A DNA stretch of 64,000 bases from an uncultured Acidimicrobiia bacterium (GCA_963786955.1 CAWBAT010000006.1:160001-224000); one strand, 5' to 3'; shown: positions 18,336 to 30,495, numbered from the stretch's first letter. Translations and numbers: made by a program. Notes: generated by a model from the letters alone, not told the origin.

Positions 18336-20670
18336 ACAACCGAACGTTTCTTCAGACCGTACCACTCAGGTCGTCGTGGCTACCTCGGTGATGCTGACTT
18401 TTATCTCATTTTGGCGGGCGGCCGCCATTGTGCTGAACGACCTCGGCTCATCCGCTTATTATGTCGGAGGCATCGCGGAGCAGGCTGTTGGCCGTGCGGC
18501 TCCGTGGTTTATTCTGGGGGTCATGCTTTTTTCCTATGCCGTTCGAGCCGTTTACGTTGAGGCCTGCACCATGTTTACGCGTGGAGGTGTCTATCGCAAC
18601 GTCAAAGAGGCAATGGGTGGCGCATTTGCAAAGGTCTCTGTATCCGCTTTGATGTTTGATTATATCCTAACGGGACCAATCTCCGGGGTTTCTGCAGGCC
18701 AATATATCGTCGGGCTTTTGGCCCAAACCCTGAACTATTTCGGTCACTCCTGGGATCCGACCAAAGAAACGGTCAATCTTGTTCGCAGCAGTCTTTGCTG
18801 TTGCCATCACACTCTATTTCTGGTGGCGCAACACAAAAGGCATTCATGAATCCTCAGATGATGCGCTCAAAATCATGTATGTGACAACAGCAATGGTTGT
18901 CACCTTGATTCTCTGGTGCGGATTGACGCTTTGGATTCAGCCCGAGAAACGTCGTCTCCCTCCCAGCCCGGTCCCTTCGCACTTATCGTTTGATCACGAT
19001 GCGGTGGGATGGCTTCCTGATGCTTGCGCCCGGGAGCGCTCTCCGGTCAATTCCTGGTGAAGCCCATCAGGTTCCGGACAAACCGGAAAATCAACTCGAG
19101 CCGCAACCACATTATGGTATCCCGATCGAGGCAGGAAAACTGCTGGGCTTGATCGGGATACTGATCGCACTGGGTCACTCGCTGCTGGCCATGTCGGGCG
19201 AAGAAACTCTTGCTCAAGTCAACCGCGAACTGGAATACCCGAAACATAAGAACTTGATGCGAGCCGGGATGGTCATTTTTGTCTATTCTTTGTTGTTCAC
19301 ATCTCTCGTGTCCTTCTTCGCTTATGCCATAATCCCCGACAATGTCAGGCCCCAGTATTTCGATAACCTCATCAGTGGAATCGCCATGAACTTAGTCGGC
19401 CCGATGCCGCTACGTCTCATTTTTCAAGCTTTCATTGTGTTGGTTGGGTTCCTGATGTTGGCTGGTGCGGTCAATACCGCGATTATCGGGTCGAACGGTG
19501 TTCTTAATCGCGTCAGTGAAGATGGCGTGTTGACGGAGTGGTTCCGAAGACCCCACAAAAAATATGGAACGAGCTACCGAATGATCAATATGATCGTTCT
19601 GCTGCAACTGGCTACTATCATTGGATCACGCGGAAATGTCTACATATTGGGTGAAGCTTACGCGTTTGGGGTGATTTGGTCGTTCGCCTTTAATGCCCTG
19701 GCGATCCTTGTCCTCCGCTTCAAGGACAAGTCCCCGCGCGAATGGAAAGTGCCCTTTAATATTAGACTGGGAAAAATCGAGATCCCCTTGGGACTGGCCG
19801 GGGTCGCAACACATTCTCTTCGCACTGGCTGCAATTAATTTGATTACCAAACAGGTTGCAACGATCAGCGGACTTTTGATCACGACCGTCTTTGCGACGA
19901 CATTCTTTATCTCTGAGCGCATTACGCAACGGCGGCGCCTTCGTGAAGGGAATCATGGTCTCGACCAATTCCGGCTGGAGCCTCAGGAAGAAATTTCTAT
20001 GACTACGGTTGGCGTGCGCCCTGACAATACCCTTTGTCTTGTGCGGGACTACAATACCCTAGACCACGTAGCTAAAGTCCTTGAACTCACTCACACTGGT
20101 AAGAAAGACCTGGTCGTCATGACCGTTCATGTGATTCGAGGACCCAACGCCGGGTACAAGGGCATGAGTGAACAACGGCTTTTTACCGACTATGAACAGC
20201 TCCTTTTTAGCAAGGTTGTGGCTTTAGCCGAAAAATCGGGAAAACCGGCTCATCTGCTCGTTGTACCCTCTCCCGACATCTTTTCGGCCATTGCTGAAAC
20301 GGCTGCCCAACTCTATTCGGCTATGATCACGGCAGGAAGCTCCTCCGTCATGGCACCCGAGGAACAAGCCAGAAGAATGGGGCTGGCCTGGGATCGATTG
20401 ACGAACAAGCCGAAGCATCAAGTAGTCTTCCGTGTCATTGAGCCTAATGGGAAAATGCATGATTTTTCTCTCGGAGCTCATGCGCCGGATCTCTCTCAAG
20501 CGGATATCGACAAAATTCATGCCATCTGGCTTCAGCTGACCAGTAGGGCCGGGGGACCTCATTTGCACCACAAGGACATTGTTACGGTGGCCCTCGAGCT
20601 ACTTGAGCGCGAGATCTCTGGCAAGGAGTGGCAAGATGTTTTAGATCATGTCAACCGGGACAAAGAATAA
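18328..20670 (+). CDS. APC-superfamily K+ transporter, KimA(YdaO)-like, with C-terminal cytoplasmic domain; three apparent frameshifts
   Basis: ORFs 18328, 18779, 18990 and 19693 join; NDLGSSAYY and LMFDYILT match KimA DALSSVAY and LLVDYILT. Confidence 0.82.
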
Positions 20671-21585
20671 GAATCGACTCCAATCAATCCCCACACGATT
20701 ACTTAAAGTCCACTGACACACAAACTACTTCGGCTTGGATTATGATAATTAAGAATGCATTGGCCGGATTCAGCACGTTCGTTTGCTCTATCTATCTCAC
20801 GCCATTCCGTTTGGAATGGCCCGTGGCTGTCTTTTCCGCGGTTCCTCCAGAAAGCCTTCTTCAATAAGAATCCGTGCGATCTGACATCTTGGAACTCGAA
20901 TATGGTCTGCTATCCCTTCAATCGATTGACACTGTTGGTGAACAAATTACAAATGGTGAGTGATTTCTTGATCCGAGAGTCAAGTTCGTGGAAGGATTGC
21001 GCTACTTCAAACAACTTCCCTGTTGGCTAGATTGGATCTTGGACGTCAAATGCCATTTTCATTTTTGTCCAATTCTTTTTAATGAGACTCAACACGACTT
21101 TTCCCTCTCCAATCTATTTTGTGATCCTTTTGGACTGATCTATTCTATAACGGCTGAATTGCCATCCTGATTTAGCCTTCTGATTCCCCATTTAACTAAC
21201 ACATATAGTTGGGGGATACAAGGCATTGTGGCTTTCGGACGCAACCGTCCTGTCCATGGCACAGTCTTGTACTCTATTGCCCAAATTAGGGAATATACTT
21301 CTGCCGTGTCTTAACACCAAGCGTGCCGCTGAGGGTTGCGTTCTCCATTCATTAGTGCTGCAGACTATTCGGCTTCACGAGTAGCCGTGAGCGGAGGACT
21401 GTAAACCCCTCTTCCAGTATTTGATTTAGATAAGAGACCTCCGGGTGGACGACTCACTTCCGAAATGTCGAACCCCAGAATAAGCCGAGATCGGCAGGAA
21501 AATTGCTAGCAGAGTATGAATCCGCTGACAAGAATTACCCTGTGATTCGATTTGTTCCCAGAACGACATCCTTCGGAGGCCGAAA

Positions 21586-23799
21586 GTGAAGAAGATTCAA
21601 AGAGTCCTGCACCTTGCAATAACGCCTTTCCTATCCCTTTTGCTTTGGGCAGCCCCGCTAAAAGCCGCCGAGCCCTTAACCCACCAACCTGAAATTGAAG
21701 GGCCCGACCACTTCGACGTTTCGCCACCGATGCGTGAAGTCAACGCCCCGCCTTCACAAGCCGGAAACGTTCAAAGGCCGCGTCCTCGTATCCCTCAATC
21801 TGCAAACCCGACCAGCGGACCAGACGGAGCGCTTCAACAAGCCCCGGGCACAGAAGTCGGTTCCGCCCCAGCAACTAGCTTTGGTGGTGTAGGGGACGTC
21901 AACCAGGTTGCACCACCTGATACCAACATGGCAGTAGGTCCAAACCACATTGTTCAGTGGGTTAACCTGTCGTTTGCTGTTTATGACAAGGCGGGTACCA
22001 TTTTATCGGGATATCCAAAGGCTGGGAATTCCCTTTGGAAGAGTTTTGGAGGTGCTTGCGAGACTACAAACAGTGGCGACCCGATCGCACAATATGATGC
22101 AATTGCCGACCGTTGGGTCATGAGCCAGTTGGCCATTAGCGGTTCAACTTTCTACCAGTGTTTTGCAATCTCACAGAGCAATGATCCAACCGGTGCTTAT
22201 TACCGATATTCTTATACCTTCAGCAACCTAAACGACTATCCGAAGGTAGGAATCTGGCCTTCTGCCTACTTTGCCACATACAATATGTTTAAGCCGATTG
22301 CTGGGGGGCTTCTGGGTTATTCCTTCCAGGGAGCCCAAGCGTGTGCTTACGACCGCGCAGCCATGCTAAATGGCGCCAGTGCAGTCAAGGTGTGTTTCCA
22401 GTTAAGCTCTTCCTTTGGGGGCCTTTTACCTTCGGATCTCGATGGGGGAGCAGCGAACCCGCCTCCTTCGGGATCTCCCGACTTCCTCGTCAACTTCGGA
22501 ACGAACTCGCTGAATCTTTGGAAGTTTACACCGAATTTTGCCACGCCCAGTTCCTCGACTTTCACCGGACCGACGAATATCCCAGTTGAAGCCTTTTCAG
22601 CAGCCTGCAGTGGAGGCGGAACATGCATCCCACAGAGCGGTACTACCCAGCAATTAGATTCGCTTGCTGATCGGTTAATGTATCGCCTGGCGTATCGGAA
22701 TTTTGGAGACCATGAGTCGATTGTAGTAAACCATTCGGTGACCGCAGAAAGCAGTGTCGGCGTGCGCTGGTATGAAATCAGAAACCCTAACGGAACACCC
22801 ACCATCAATCAACAGGGAACTTATGCGCCTGACACAAATTATCGCTGGATGGGAAGCATGGCTATGGATAAAGCGGGCAATATTGGGCTAGGGTATAGCG
22901 TTTCCAGCAGCTCTATGCATCCCTCCATCCGCTATACTGGTCGACAGGCGGGCGATGCTTTGGGGACGATGACTCTAGCCGAACAGAGTATTGTGGAGGG
23001 TACTGGCTCCCAACTTGCGTCGCTCAGCCGTTGGGGAGACTACAGTGCCATGCGAATCGATCCGAGCGATGATTGCACATTCTGGTATACAAACGAATAC
23101 TTGGCTGTCAATGGCACGTTTAACTGGAAAACCCAAATCGCTTCATTCAAGTTTGACTCATGTGGAGGAACGGCCACTCCTGATTTCACGATATCGGCCT
23201 CCCCCTCAAGCAACACGGTGATCCAAGGAGGAGCGACTGGCTATAATGTGACGATCACCCGTTTAAATGGCTATGTCGGAGACGTCACTTTGACGGCATC
23301 TATTTGTCCACAAAATGCCACTTGTACCTTTTCAACCAATCCAGTCCAGGGCGGGAACAGCTCGTCTGATTTTAATATCACCACAGCTACGAATACCCCT
23401 GTAGGAGCCTATACCATAACGATCACCGGTACCGACCCCATAGGAAACCTAACACATTGGATTACAGTCACATTGAATGTGAATTCCCAAAATCCTCCGG
23501 ACTTTTCGATTTCCGCCTCACCGGCTTCTCGAAGCGTGACCAGGGGAAACAGTACAACCTACACGGTGACCATAACGCGGCTGTATGGGTTTCCGGGCAG
23601 CGTCAGTCTGAACGTCAGTGGGCTCCCGTCGAAAAGCTCTGGTAGCTTCAGTCCAAATCCCGTTTCGAGTAGCGGCAATAGCTCGACGCTAACGGTCAAG
23701 ACCAATAGAAATACTCCAACGGGTACCTATCCGCTTACGATCACAGGCACAAGTGGCAGCCTTAATCATTCAACTGGCGTCAGTTTAGTCGTTCAGTAG
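21586..23799 (+). CDS. Secreted protein with a large conserved N-terminal domain and two C-terminal Ig-like repeats
   Basis: Signal peptide; PPDTNMAVGPNH and RWGDYSAM motifs; two DF(T/S)ISASP...G.Y.(I/L)TITGT repeats. Confidence 0.85.
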   Translation: MKKIQRVLHLAITPFLSLLLWAAPLKAAEPLTHQPEIEGPDHFDVSPPMREVNAPPSQAGNVQRPRPRIPQSANPTSGPDGALQQAPGTEVGSAPATSFGGVGDVNQVAPPDTNMAVGPNHIVQWVNLSFAVYDKAGTILSGYPKAGNSLWKSFGGACETTNSGDPIAQYDAIADRWVMSQLAISGSTFYQCFAISQSNDPTGAYYRYSYTFSNLNDYPKVGIWPSAYFATYNMFKPIAGGLLGYSFQGAQACAYDRAAMLNGASAVKVCFQLSSSFGGLLPSDLDGGAANPPPSGSPDFLVNFGTNSLNLWKFTPNFATPSSSTFTGPTNIPVEAFSAACSGGGTCIPQSGTTQQLDSLADRLMYRLAYRNFGDHESIVVNHSVTAESSVGVRWYEIRNPNGTPTINQQGTYAPDTNYRWMGSMAMDKAGNIGLGYSVSSSSMHPSIRYTGRQAGDALGTMTLAEQSIVEGTGSQLASLSRWGDYSAMRIDPSDDCTFWYTNEYLAVNGTFNWKTQIASFKFDSCGGTATPDFTISASPSSNTVIQGGATGYNVTITRLNGYVGDVTLTASICPQNATCTFSTNPVQGGNSSSDFNITTATNTPVGAYTITITGTDPIGNLTHWITVTLNVNSQNPPDFSISASPASRSVTRGNSTTYTVTITRLYGFPGSVSLNVSGLPSKSSGSFSPNPVSSSGNSSTLTVKTNRNTPTGTYPLTITGTSGSLNHSTGVSLVVQ

Positions 23800-23811
23800 T
23801 CTGCTGACTTA

Positions 23812-23840
23812 CCACGGCCAGCCTTAATTGCTGGCCGTGG
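23812..23840. terminator. Hairpin between convergent genes
   Basis: CCACGGCCAGC-CTTAATT-GCTGGCCGTGG, perfect 11-bp stem. Confidence 0.7.
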
Positions 23841-23869
23841 CGGTTCGAACAAACATATAGGTGAGTGGA

Positions 23870-24895
23870 TCAACTGCCTCGTGGAGAGTATTCCCGGAAG
23901 GCATCGTACATAGCAAGAATGTTCTGTAAGGGGACGTCCGGGCCAACTTCCCCACATGCGATGAGTCCGCCAGTGGGGGTACCGCATGCTTCGAAAGTCC
24001 GATGCACCTCTTCTTTGACCTGGGCGGGTGAAACAAACGGAAGAACTTTTTGTCGGTCGATATCCGTTCTGAAGGCCACTTTCCCCCGTACATTTGCCGC
24101 AACCCAATCGTGACCCACGACTGCCACCTGACAATTGATCACATTCACGCCTATTTCAATGAGGTCCCCAAAAATATCGTTGATGCGTCCGTCCGAGTGG
24201 TACCACACATCCATCCCCGCGTCGTGTGTCCGCTTAAACATTTCTGCATATCGTGGCTTGAAAATTCGTCGCCATGTTTGAGGGTGAATTAGGAGAGTTT
24301 GCTGGCCTCCCCAATCATCGGCAAAGTGGAGTCCCTCGTATTCCAGTTTGATCCATTGATCGATCCACCGCAGGTTAAAGGCCAGCAAGTCATCCAGCAG
24401 GCGGTAAAACTCCCGGCTTTCGGTGGCAATATCCATCATGAGACTCTCCATGCCACGTAATTGCTGGAGTTGTTCAAAATAGGTAATCCAGGCGCCCCGC
24501 GCGTACCAATGGTCATCGAATCCGCACATATGACCGCTGTATTGTCGTCCTGACGGAGGCCCTGCGTTGAAATCTTCAGGCCACAGGAATTCATCATAAG
24601 AGCTCAGATCCGCAATCGGGTATTCGACAGGAATCCCGCAAACCCCCATCCATTCCACCTGCCACGTCGTCCCAAAGTCATCCTTGTGGCGCCCCTGCTT
24701 GTAACAGGCCGGGAACTTTTCCAAGGGAAGATCTTTCATGTAGTTCCACCCGAAATCCTCGCGAAATTCCATCAGAATCTCACTCAGCGCTTGCCCATAC
24801 TTTAGCTGGGCAGCCGGCAGAACGGCATGCGAAATGGGCAAACGATCTGGTTTCTGGAATCTGATAGCACGTTTCACACGTTCACGACTGTCCAT
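23870..24895 (-). CDS. Uroporphyrinogen decarboxylase-like (URO-D/MtaA superfamily) protein
   Basis: MDSRERV..AI.FQKPDRLP, LRGME, ADDWG and YHSDG motifs. Confidence 0.85.
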   Translation of the reverse strand: MDSRERVKRAIRFQKPDRLPISHAVLPAAQLKYGQALSEILMEFREDFGWNYMKDLPLEKFPACYKQGRHKDDFGTTWQVEWMGVCGIPVEYPIADLSSYDEFLWPEDFNAGPPSGRQYSGHMCGFDDHWYARGAWITYFEQLQQLRGMESLMMDIATESREFYRLLDDLLAFNLRWIDQWIKLEYEGLHFADDWGGQQTLLIHPQTWRRIFKPRYAEMFKRTHDAGMDVWYHSDGRINDIFGDLIEIGVNVINCQVAVVGHDWVAANVRGKVAFRTDIDRQKVLPFVSPAQVKEEVHRTFEACGTPTGGLIACGEVGPDVPLQNILAMYDAFREYSPRGS

Positions 24896-25186
24896 TCTTC
24901 CCTCCTTGATAATTTACCCGGTTTGATCTTCACTAGAGGCACGGATTCGACTCATGGTACCCTTCCGAGCTCGAATACTCGTTAAGTTATCTGGGTTTAG
25001 GTTAGTTCCGCAAGAACCACCCTAATGATTTTTGCAATTTCGTCATCAGACGAATAGTTCGTCATCTAGGGACACAGCGGGGCTTCAGGTTGCGACGCAT
25101 GAATGAACGTGGTATCTTTCTGACACCGTTGCAGCCTCATGGTACCCCGACCGTTTAAAAATATAACTGCAATAGGATTACACAGA

Positions 25187-26166
25187 ATGCAAACCCAAAT
25201 CAGCAATAAGATTCGACATGATTGGCAAGTCGTTGACATCCTCGCCATTTATCAGTTGCCTTTGCCAGATCTTTTTTTCCGCGCCCAAACCATTCACCGT
25301 GAGTTTCACGACCCGAATACTATTCAAGGCTGCATCCTTCTTAGCATCAAAACAGGCGGGTGCCCGGAGGACTGTGGATACTGCCCGCAATCCTCTCACT
25401 ACGAAACAAATTGGAACGAAACCGCTTTTGAGTGTGGACGAGACACTCCAATGCGCACGCGATGCAGCCATCAGGGGGCCACGCGTTTCTGCATGGGGGC
25501 GGCGTGGCGAAGTATCCCGAAAGGAAGCGAATTCGAAAAAGTACTCCAAATGGTCCGAGGGCGTTCGCGAAACTTGGGATGGAAGCCTGCTGCACGCTGG
25601 GAATGCTGTCTCAAGAGCAGGCTGAGCAACTCGCGGATGCTGGCTTGACGGCGTACAATCACAACTCTGGATACTTCGCCGGAATTTTATGGCAACATGA
25701 TTACCACTCGAACTTATCAGGATCGACTGGAAACATTAGCGCATGTCCGGAGCTCTGGAATCTCAGTTTGCTGTGGGGGGATCATTGGCATGGGAGAGGA
25801 CCGGAAAGACCGCTGTGGTCTGCTGGCGCAGCTGGCAAGCCAGTCTCCTCATCCGGAGAGCGTTCCCGATCAACTTGTTGGTTCAGGTCCAGGGAACTCC
25901 ATCTGGAAAAACAATCTCATCTCGATTCATTAGAATTGGTGCGAATGATCGGAACGGCCAGAATCCTGATGCCCCGATCCAGAGTGAGACTGAGTGCAGG
26001 GAGGCTTTCGTTGTCGGAAGAAGCTCAGGCGCTCTGCATCTTAGTAGGGGCGAATTCCATATTCTTGGGCGACAAGCTGCTCACGACTCCCAATCCTGAA
26101 ATGGAGCGCGATCAGCGGCTTTTGCAGAAGATGGGGATGAAACTGGTGATGAAGGAAACCGGATAA
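25187..26166 (+). CDS. bioB: Biotin synthase (frameshifted in this assembly)
   Basis: [13 protein letters not shown] radical-SAM motif; [29 protein letters not shown] and GANSIF spread over several frames. Confidence 0.9.
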
Positions 26167-26179
26167 AGGAGGCAGACGT

Positions 26180-27407
26180 TCACCTTATCCGATGTGGCCG
26201 GAGCCGAATTAAAGGAGGGCGCCTACCCTCGACGCTCTTTGGCCACCGAAGGTCTGGCTCCCTTGGTATCGACCCGGGAGTCTTTCGTCGCTGAAGCGTT
26301 CTTGCTGAAAATTTCGTCGAAGATGGCGGTCTGGTCAGCGTTATCCCAATTCTGCAGGATCCCGCCATGCTCCTCTTTTGAGAAAAAGAGTTTCCCCTTC
26401 TCCTGGAATCGAAGTCCACTCTAACGAGATCTCCTAACGAAACCTGACTTGTGGCGACTAGATTCGATAATGGATAGACCAGATATCTTTCGAGAGCTCG
26501 TTTCAAGTGTCGAGCTCCATATTTCAAATCGGTCCCTTCGCTCAGTAGAAATTCCTTCGCATTCTGCGAACATTTGAAGATGAATTTCCCTTCCCCTCGC
26601 GCGTTCAGAATTCTCTCCTGGACCATCATCATTTCAATTTCCAATACTTTCTTGAGCTGGGTACTCTGGAGCGTGTTGAAGACTACGACCTTATCGATGC
26701 GGTTCATGAATTCGGGAGAAAATTTCCTCTTGGAGGCTTCAACTGCCGTCCTGTAGATCTTCTTATCGAGCTCACTTTCATCCGTATTGGAGACTGAAGG
26801 GGGTGCGAAACCCTAGGCCCCCAGAAATAAATTCGCCCATTTCTGCCGCTCCCAGATTGCTGGTCAAGATGATAATCGTCTTGCTCAGTCGACGCGCCGA
26901 TTATCTCCCAGGGTAAGCGTTGCCTTATCCAAAACCCCCAAGAGAAGCTGCCATAAGGCGTCGTTCGCTTTTTCGATTTCATCGAACAAGAAGAAAAGTC
27001 AACTTCAGCTCTATCCGTGTGGAACTGATCAATGGCTTCCTGGGTAAGCAACGGTGGGAGTCTCGCGATGTCCCAGATACCCGGGGGGAGAGCCAATTAG
27101 CTTCGCAATTTCATGACTATGTTGAAACTCCGCACAGTCAATCTTGATGACTGCTTTAGAATCTCCAAAGAGAATTTCAGCGGCGGCTTCGACAACTCTC
27201 GTTTTCCCAGATCCCGTAGGCCCAAGAAACAAGCAGATTTCCGATGGGGCGGCCTGGGGAAGCCATTCCTGAAAGGTAAATCTGGTAAAGCGCCGAAAGG
27301 CGACGAACGGCTCTTTCCTGGCCTACGACCTTGCCGAAAAGTTTGTCTTCGAAATCCTGTGCTTCAAAGCTTTTGATTGTCGGATCTAATAAAATTGGCT
27401 CGTTCAT
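26180..27407 (-). CDS. Stand-alone ClpA/B D2-type AAA+ ATPase (frameshifted)
   Basis: VVGQ, GPTGSGKT, KLIGSPPGY, FDEIEKA, NRID and YGARHLKR motifs; no D1 or N-domain. Confidence 0.85.
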
Positions 27408-27798
27408 CGTCTAATCCCCTCACTTGAAGAGTTGCTCCAAGTGGCCTTTAGCCATTCGTTGGATCAAATTCAACTGAATTATCGGTGTTCGGAGCAATTA
27501 CTTTAGTAATCCATATTACTCTTTCGTAAACAAATTTCTAAAGTCGGACCAAGGCCAGCAGATCGTCCGGAATCCAGCCATGATACGAATCACCGTTGCT
27601 CACTCAAACTGATTGGATGAGAGCGGAATGCCGCTTGGCTGCTTATTCTATATTCAGTCAGCTTACTGGTGTAATCTAAGGACTTGAGAGGAAGGACTCC
27701 CGAGCGATCGAGAAATTCAAGAAGTTGCAATACAACTCTACTTCGTCTAGATTAATCTAAATCAGCGAGAGATAGTTATACAGAGGAGGACTTGACAA

Positions 27799-28001
27799 TT
27801 GAGATTCACCAAACTTTTAATTGTGATCTTCTCTATTGTTTCGGTGATCGTTTCTTTTTCAACTTCAAATTACTCAAAGCCCGCGGATGCAAAAAAACAG
27901 GTAAATCTTGTACATTTTGCCACGTGAAGTATGGCTCGAAAGATCTCACGGATGCAGGAAAGTATTACAAGGACAAGGGAACTTTGGACGGATATAAATA
28001 G
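27799..28001 (+). CDS. Very small secreted monoheme cytochrome c (one indel in a poly-A run)
   Basis: GAGGAGG RBS; signal peptide MRFTKLLIVIFSIVSVIVSFS..., then KKTGKSCTFCHVK (CxxCH). Confidence 0.7.
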
Positions 28002-28039
28002 GGGAGTTCAGAGATTTTCCGGAATTAAGAATTCGTAGG

Positions 28040-28489
28040 TTAAAACGACTTTCCACTATCAATCAACAGCGTCACGGGTCCGTCATTAACTGAGTACACC
28101 TTCATCATCTCCTGAAAAACCCCCGTCTTGACAACCAGCGGACTCACCGAACATCGATTCACAAAAAGCTCATAGAGAATTTTCGCTTCTGCAGGGGTCG
28201 CGGCTTCTGTAAACGAAGGCCTTCGCCCTTTTCGGCAGTCTCCATAGAGAGTAAACTGAGAGACGACCAAAATTTCATTTCCTTGCTCGACTACCGAATG
28301 ATTCATTTTACCGTGTTCGTCTTCAAATACGCGTAATCCCAAAATCTTCTCCGCGAGATAGTCGGCGTCGGCAGCATGGTCGTTCATACAGATGCCCAGG
28401 TAAATCAGTAGTCCCTTCCCGATGGAGCCAACGGTTATCCCTTTCACTTCCACTCGTGCTTCAACCACTCTCTGTACGACGGCTCTCAT
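28040..28489 (-). CDS. dtd: D-aminoacyl-tRNA deacylase
   Basis: [23 protein letters not shown] and NDGPVT motifs. Confidence 0.95.
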   Translation of the reverse strand: MRAVVQRVVEARVEVKGITVGSIGKGLLIYLGICMNDHAADADYLAEKILGLRVFEDEHGKMNHSVVEQGNEILVVSQFTLYGDCRKGRRPSFTEAATPAEAKILYELFVNRCSVSPLVVKTGVFQEMMKVYSVNDGPVTLLIDSGKSF

Positions 28490-28736
28490 CTTCGCCTCCG
28501 CTTGCATTGGGTTATGCTATCCCGTGACAACACAAAGGAGATGCATGGCACATAGTATACGAAGCAACCCATCTCTTTGAAGAGTTGCGTCTCTTTTCGC
28601 ACACCGGCTTAGCCTGTGTAGTTTCGATCAAGCGGGAAGGAACTCATAAGTAGCGACACCTTCTGACATCGGACGAAATGCCCGTTGAGTCGGAAGAGGA
28701 TTTACCGGTTCGAGGGCTGAGCAGCCAATCATTCGT

Positions 28737-28765
28737 TTGACAGCTCGTGGCGGCTCCTTTAGAAT
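28737..28765 (+). promoter_or_regulatory. Sigma70-type promoter
   Basis: TTGACA-17 bp-TAGAAT upstream of the mutase gene. Confidence 0.7.
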
Positions 28766-28811
28766 TTTGATTTGCAATACCTTTCCTTGGAAAGAGCTGA
28801 CAGAGGTGGGA

Positions 28812-30495
28812 TTGGACAGGTTCGCCGGGAATTCAACCAACAAGAATGAAGCCGGTTCAAACCCGGAAGAAAAGGACTCTCTCTCCCCTTTTCTACTCAG
28901 ACCGCCTGCGCGTCAGCAAATCGTTACGTCGATCTCTGGCACCCCAATCCAGCCACTTTATTCTGCGGAAGACTTAAAAGGATTCGACGATCAGCGGGAC
29001 CTCGGAAACCCCGGCTACCCTCCTTACACCCGCGGGATACATCCAGAAATGTATCGCGCGAAGACTTTGGACGATCCGGCAATTCAGTGGATTTGGAACA
29101 GCTGAAGACACGAACCAGCGATTTCATTATCTCCTGTCTCAAGGGCAGTCCGGACTTTCAGTTGCATTCCATCTGCCGACTTTAATGGGTCATGATTCTG
29201 ACCATCCCTTGTCGTCTTGGTGAAGTCGGGAAATGTGGCGTGGCAATGGATTCTTTGGCCGACATGGAAACGCTTTTCCGCGGAATTGATGTGGAGAAAA
29301 TCACCACTTCGATGACGATCAATGCGCCTGCTGCCATCATTTGGGCGATGTATCTCGTGAATGCCCAAAAATGCGGGTTCGACCTTAGCAAGATTTCCGG
29401 CACCATTCAGAACGACATCCTCAAAGAATACATTGCCCAAAAAACTTGGATTTTCCCGCCAACTCCTTCGATGCGACTCATCACGGACACTTTTAGATTC
29501 GGAGCCGAGAATATTCCGAAATGGAACACTATTTCCATCAGCGGCTACCACATCCGGGAAGCGGGTCCACGGCATTGCAGGAATTGGCTTTTACTCTCGG
29601 GATGGCGTCGAGTATGTTGAGGCGGCGATCAAAACGGGCTTGACGGTGGATCAATTTGCCCCTCGGCTTTCCTTTTTCTTTAACGCACACAATGATCTCT
29701 TTGAAGAAGCGGCCAAGTTCCGCGCAGCTCGAAAAGTCTGGTATCAGCTCATGCGAAAGCGTTTTAACGCCCAGGACCCCCGTTCCTGGATCCTCCGTTT
29801 TCACACGCAGACTGCTGGGTGTGCCCTGACGGCCCAACAACCTCATAACAATATCATTCGGACCACAATTCAGGCTCTGGCTGGGGTTCTCGGGGGAACT
29901 CAGTCGCTCCATACGAATTCAATGGACGAGACCTATGCCTTACCAACGGAATCGGCTGTCACCATCGCGTTGCGGACACAACAAATTCTCGCCCACGAAA
30001 GCGGAATCGCCCAATATCATCGATCCCTTAGCAGGGTCTTATTTCGTTGAAAAACTGACTCTTGAATTAGAGAAGGGGTGCTGGGAGTATTTTGATAGAA
30101 TTGATGCCATGGGGGGCATGGTGGCGGCGATTGAGAATGGCTTTCCTCAAAAAGAAATTCAGGAGGCTGCCTACCAATATCAGAAAGCCGTCGAAAACAA
30201 AGAGAAAGTCGTCGTCGGGGTCAATGCTTTTATTACTGAAGACGCGAGTCCTATTGAGACTCTCACTATTGACTCGCAAGTTGCAGAACGGCAAATGAAC
30301 CGGTTGCGGGAAATCCGGTCGGGTCGCAGCCAAGCCAGCGTCCACGCATGCCTAGGCGAACTGCGGCAGGCGGCTTCCGGCGCAGAGAATCTAATGCCTC
30401 ATTTCCTTCGATGCGTCCGGGAGTACGCTACTTTGGGTGAGATGTGTGACGTTTTGCGCTCTGTTTTTGGAACCTATGTGGAGCCTATCTTCTAA
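28812..30495 (+). CDS. B12-dependent acyl-CoA mutase large subunit (frameshifted)
   Basis: [39 protein letters not shown] and GGTQSLHTN motifs. Confidence 0.9.

Noticed and set aside
21255-21272. Sigma-54 promoter TGGCACAGTCTTGTA
   Set aside because: No GC at the -12 position with GG-N10-GC spacing
21393-21412. tRNA-Tyr-like anticodon loop CTGTAAA
   Set aside because: The stem pairs poorly and there are no D or T arms
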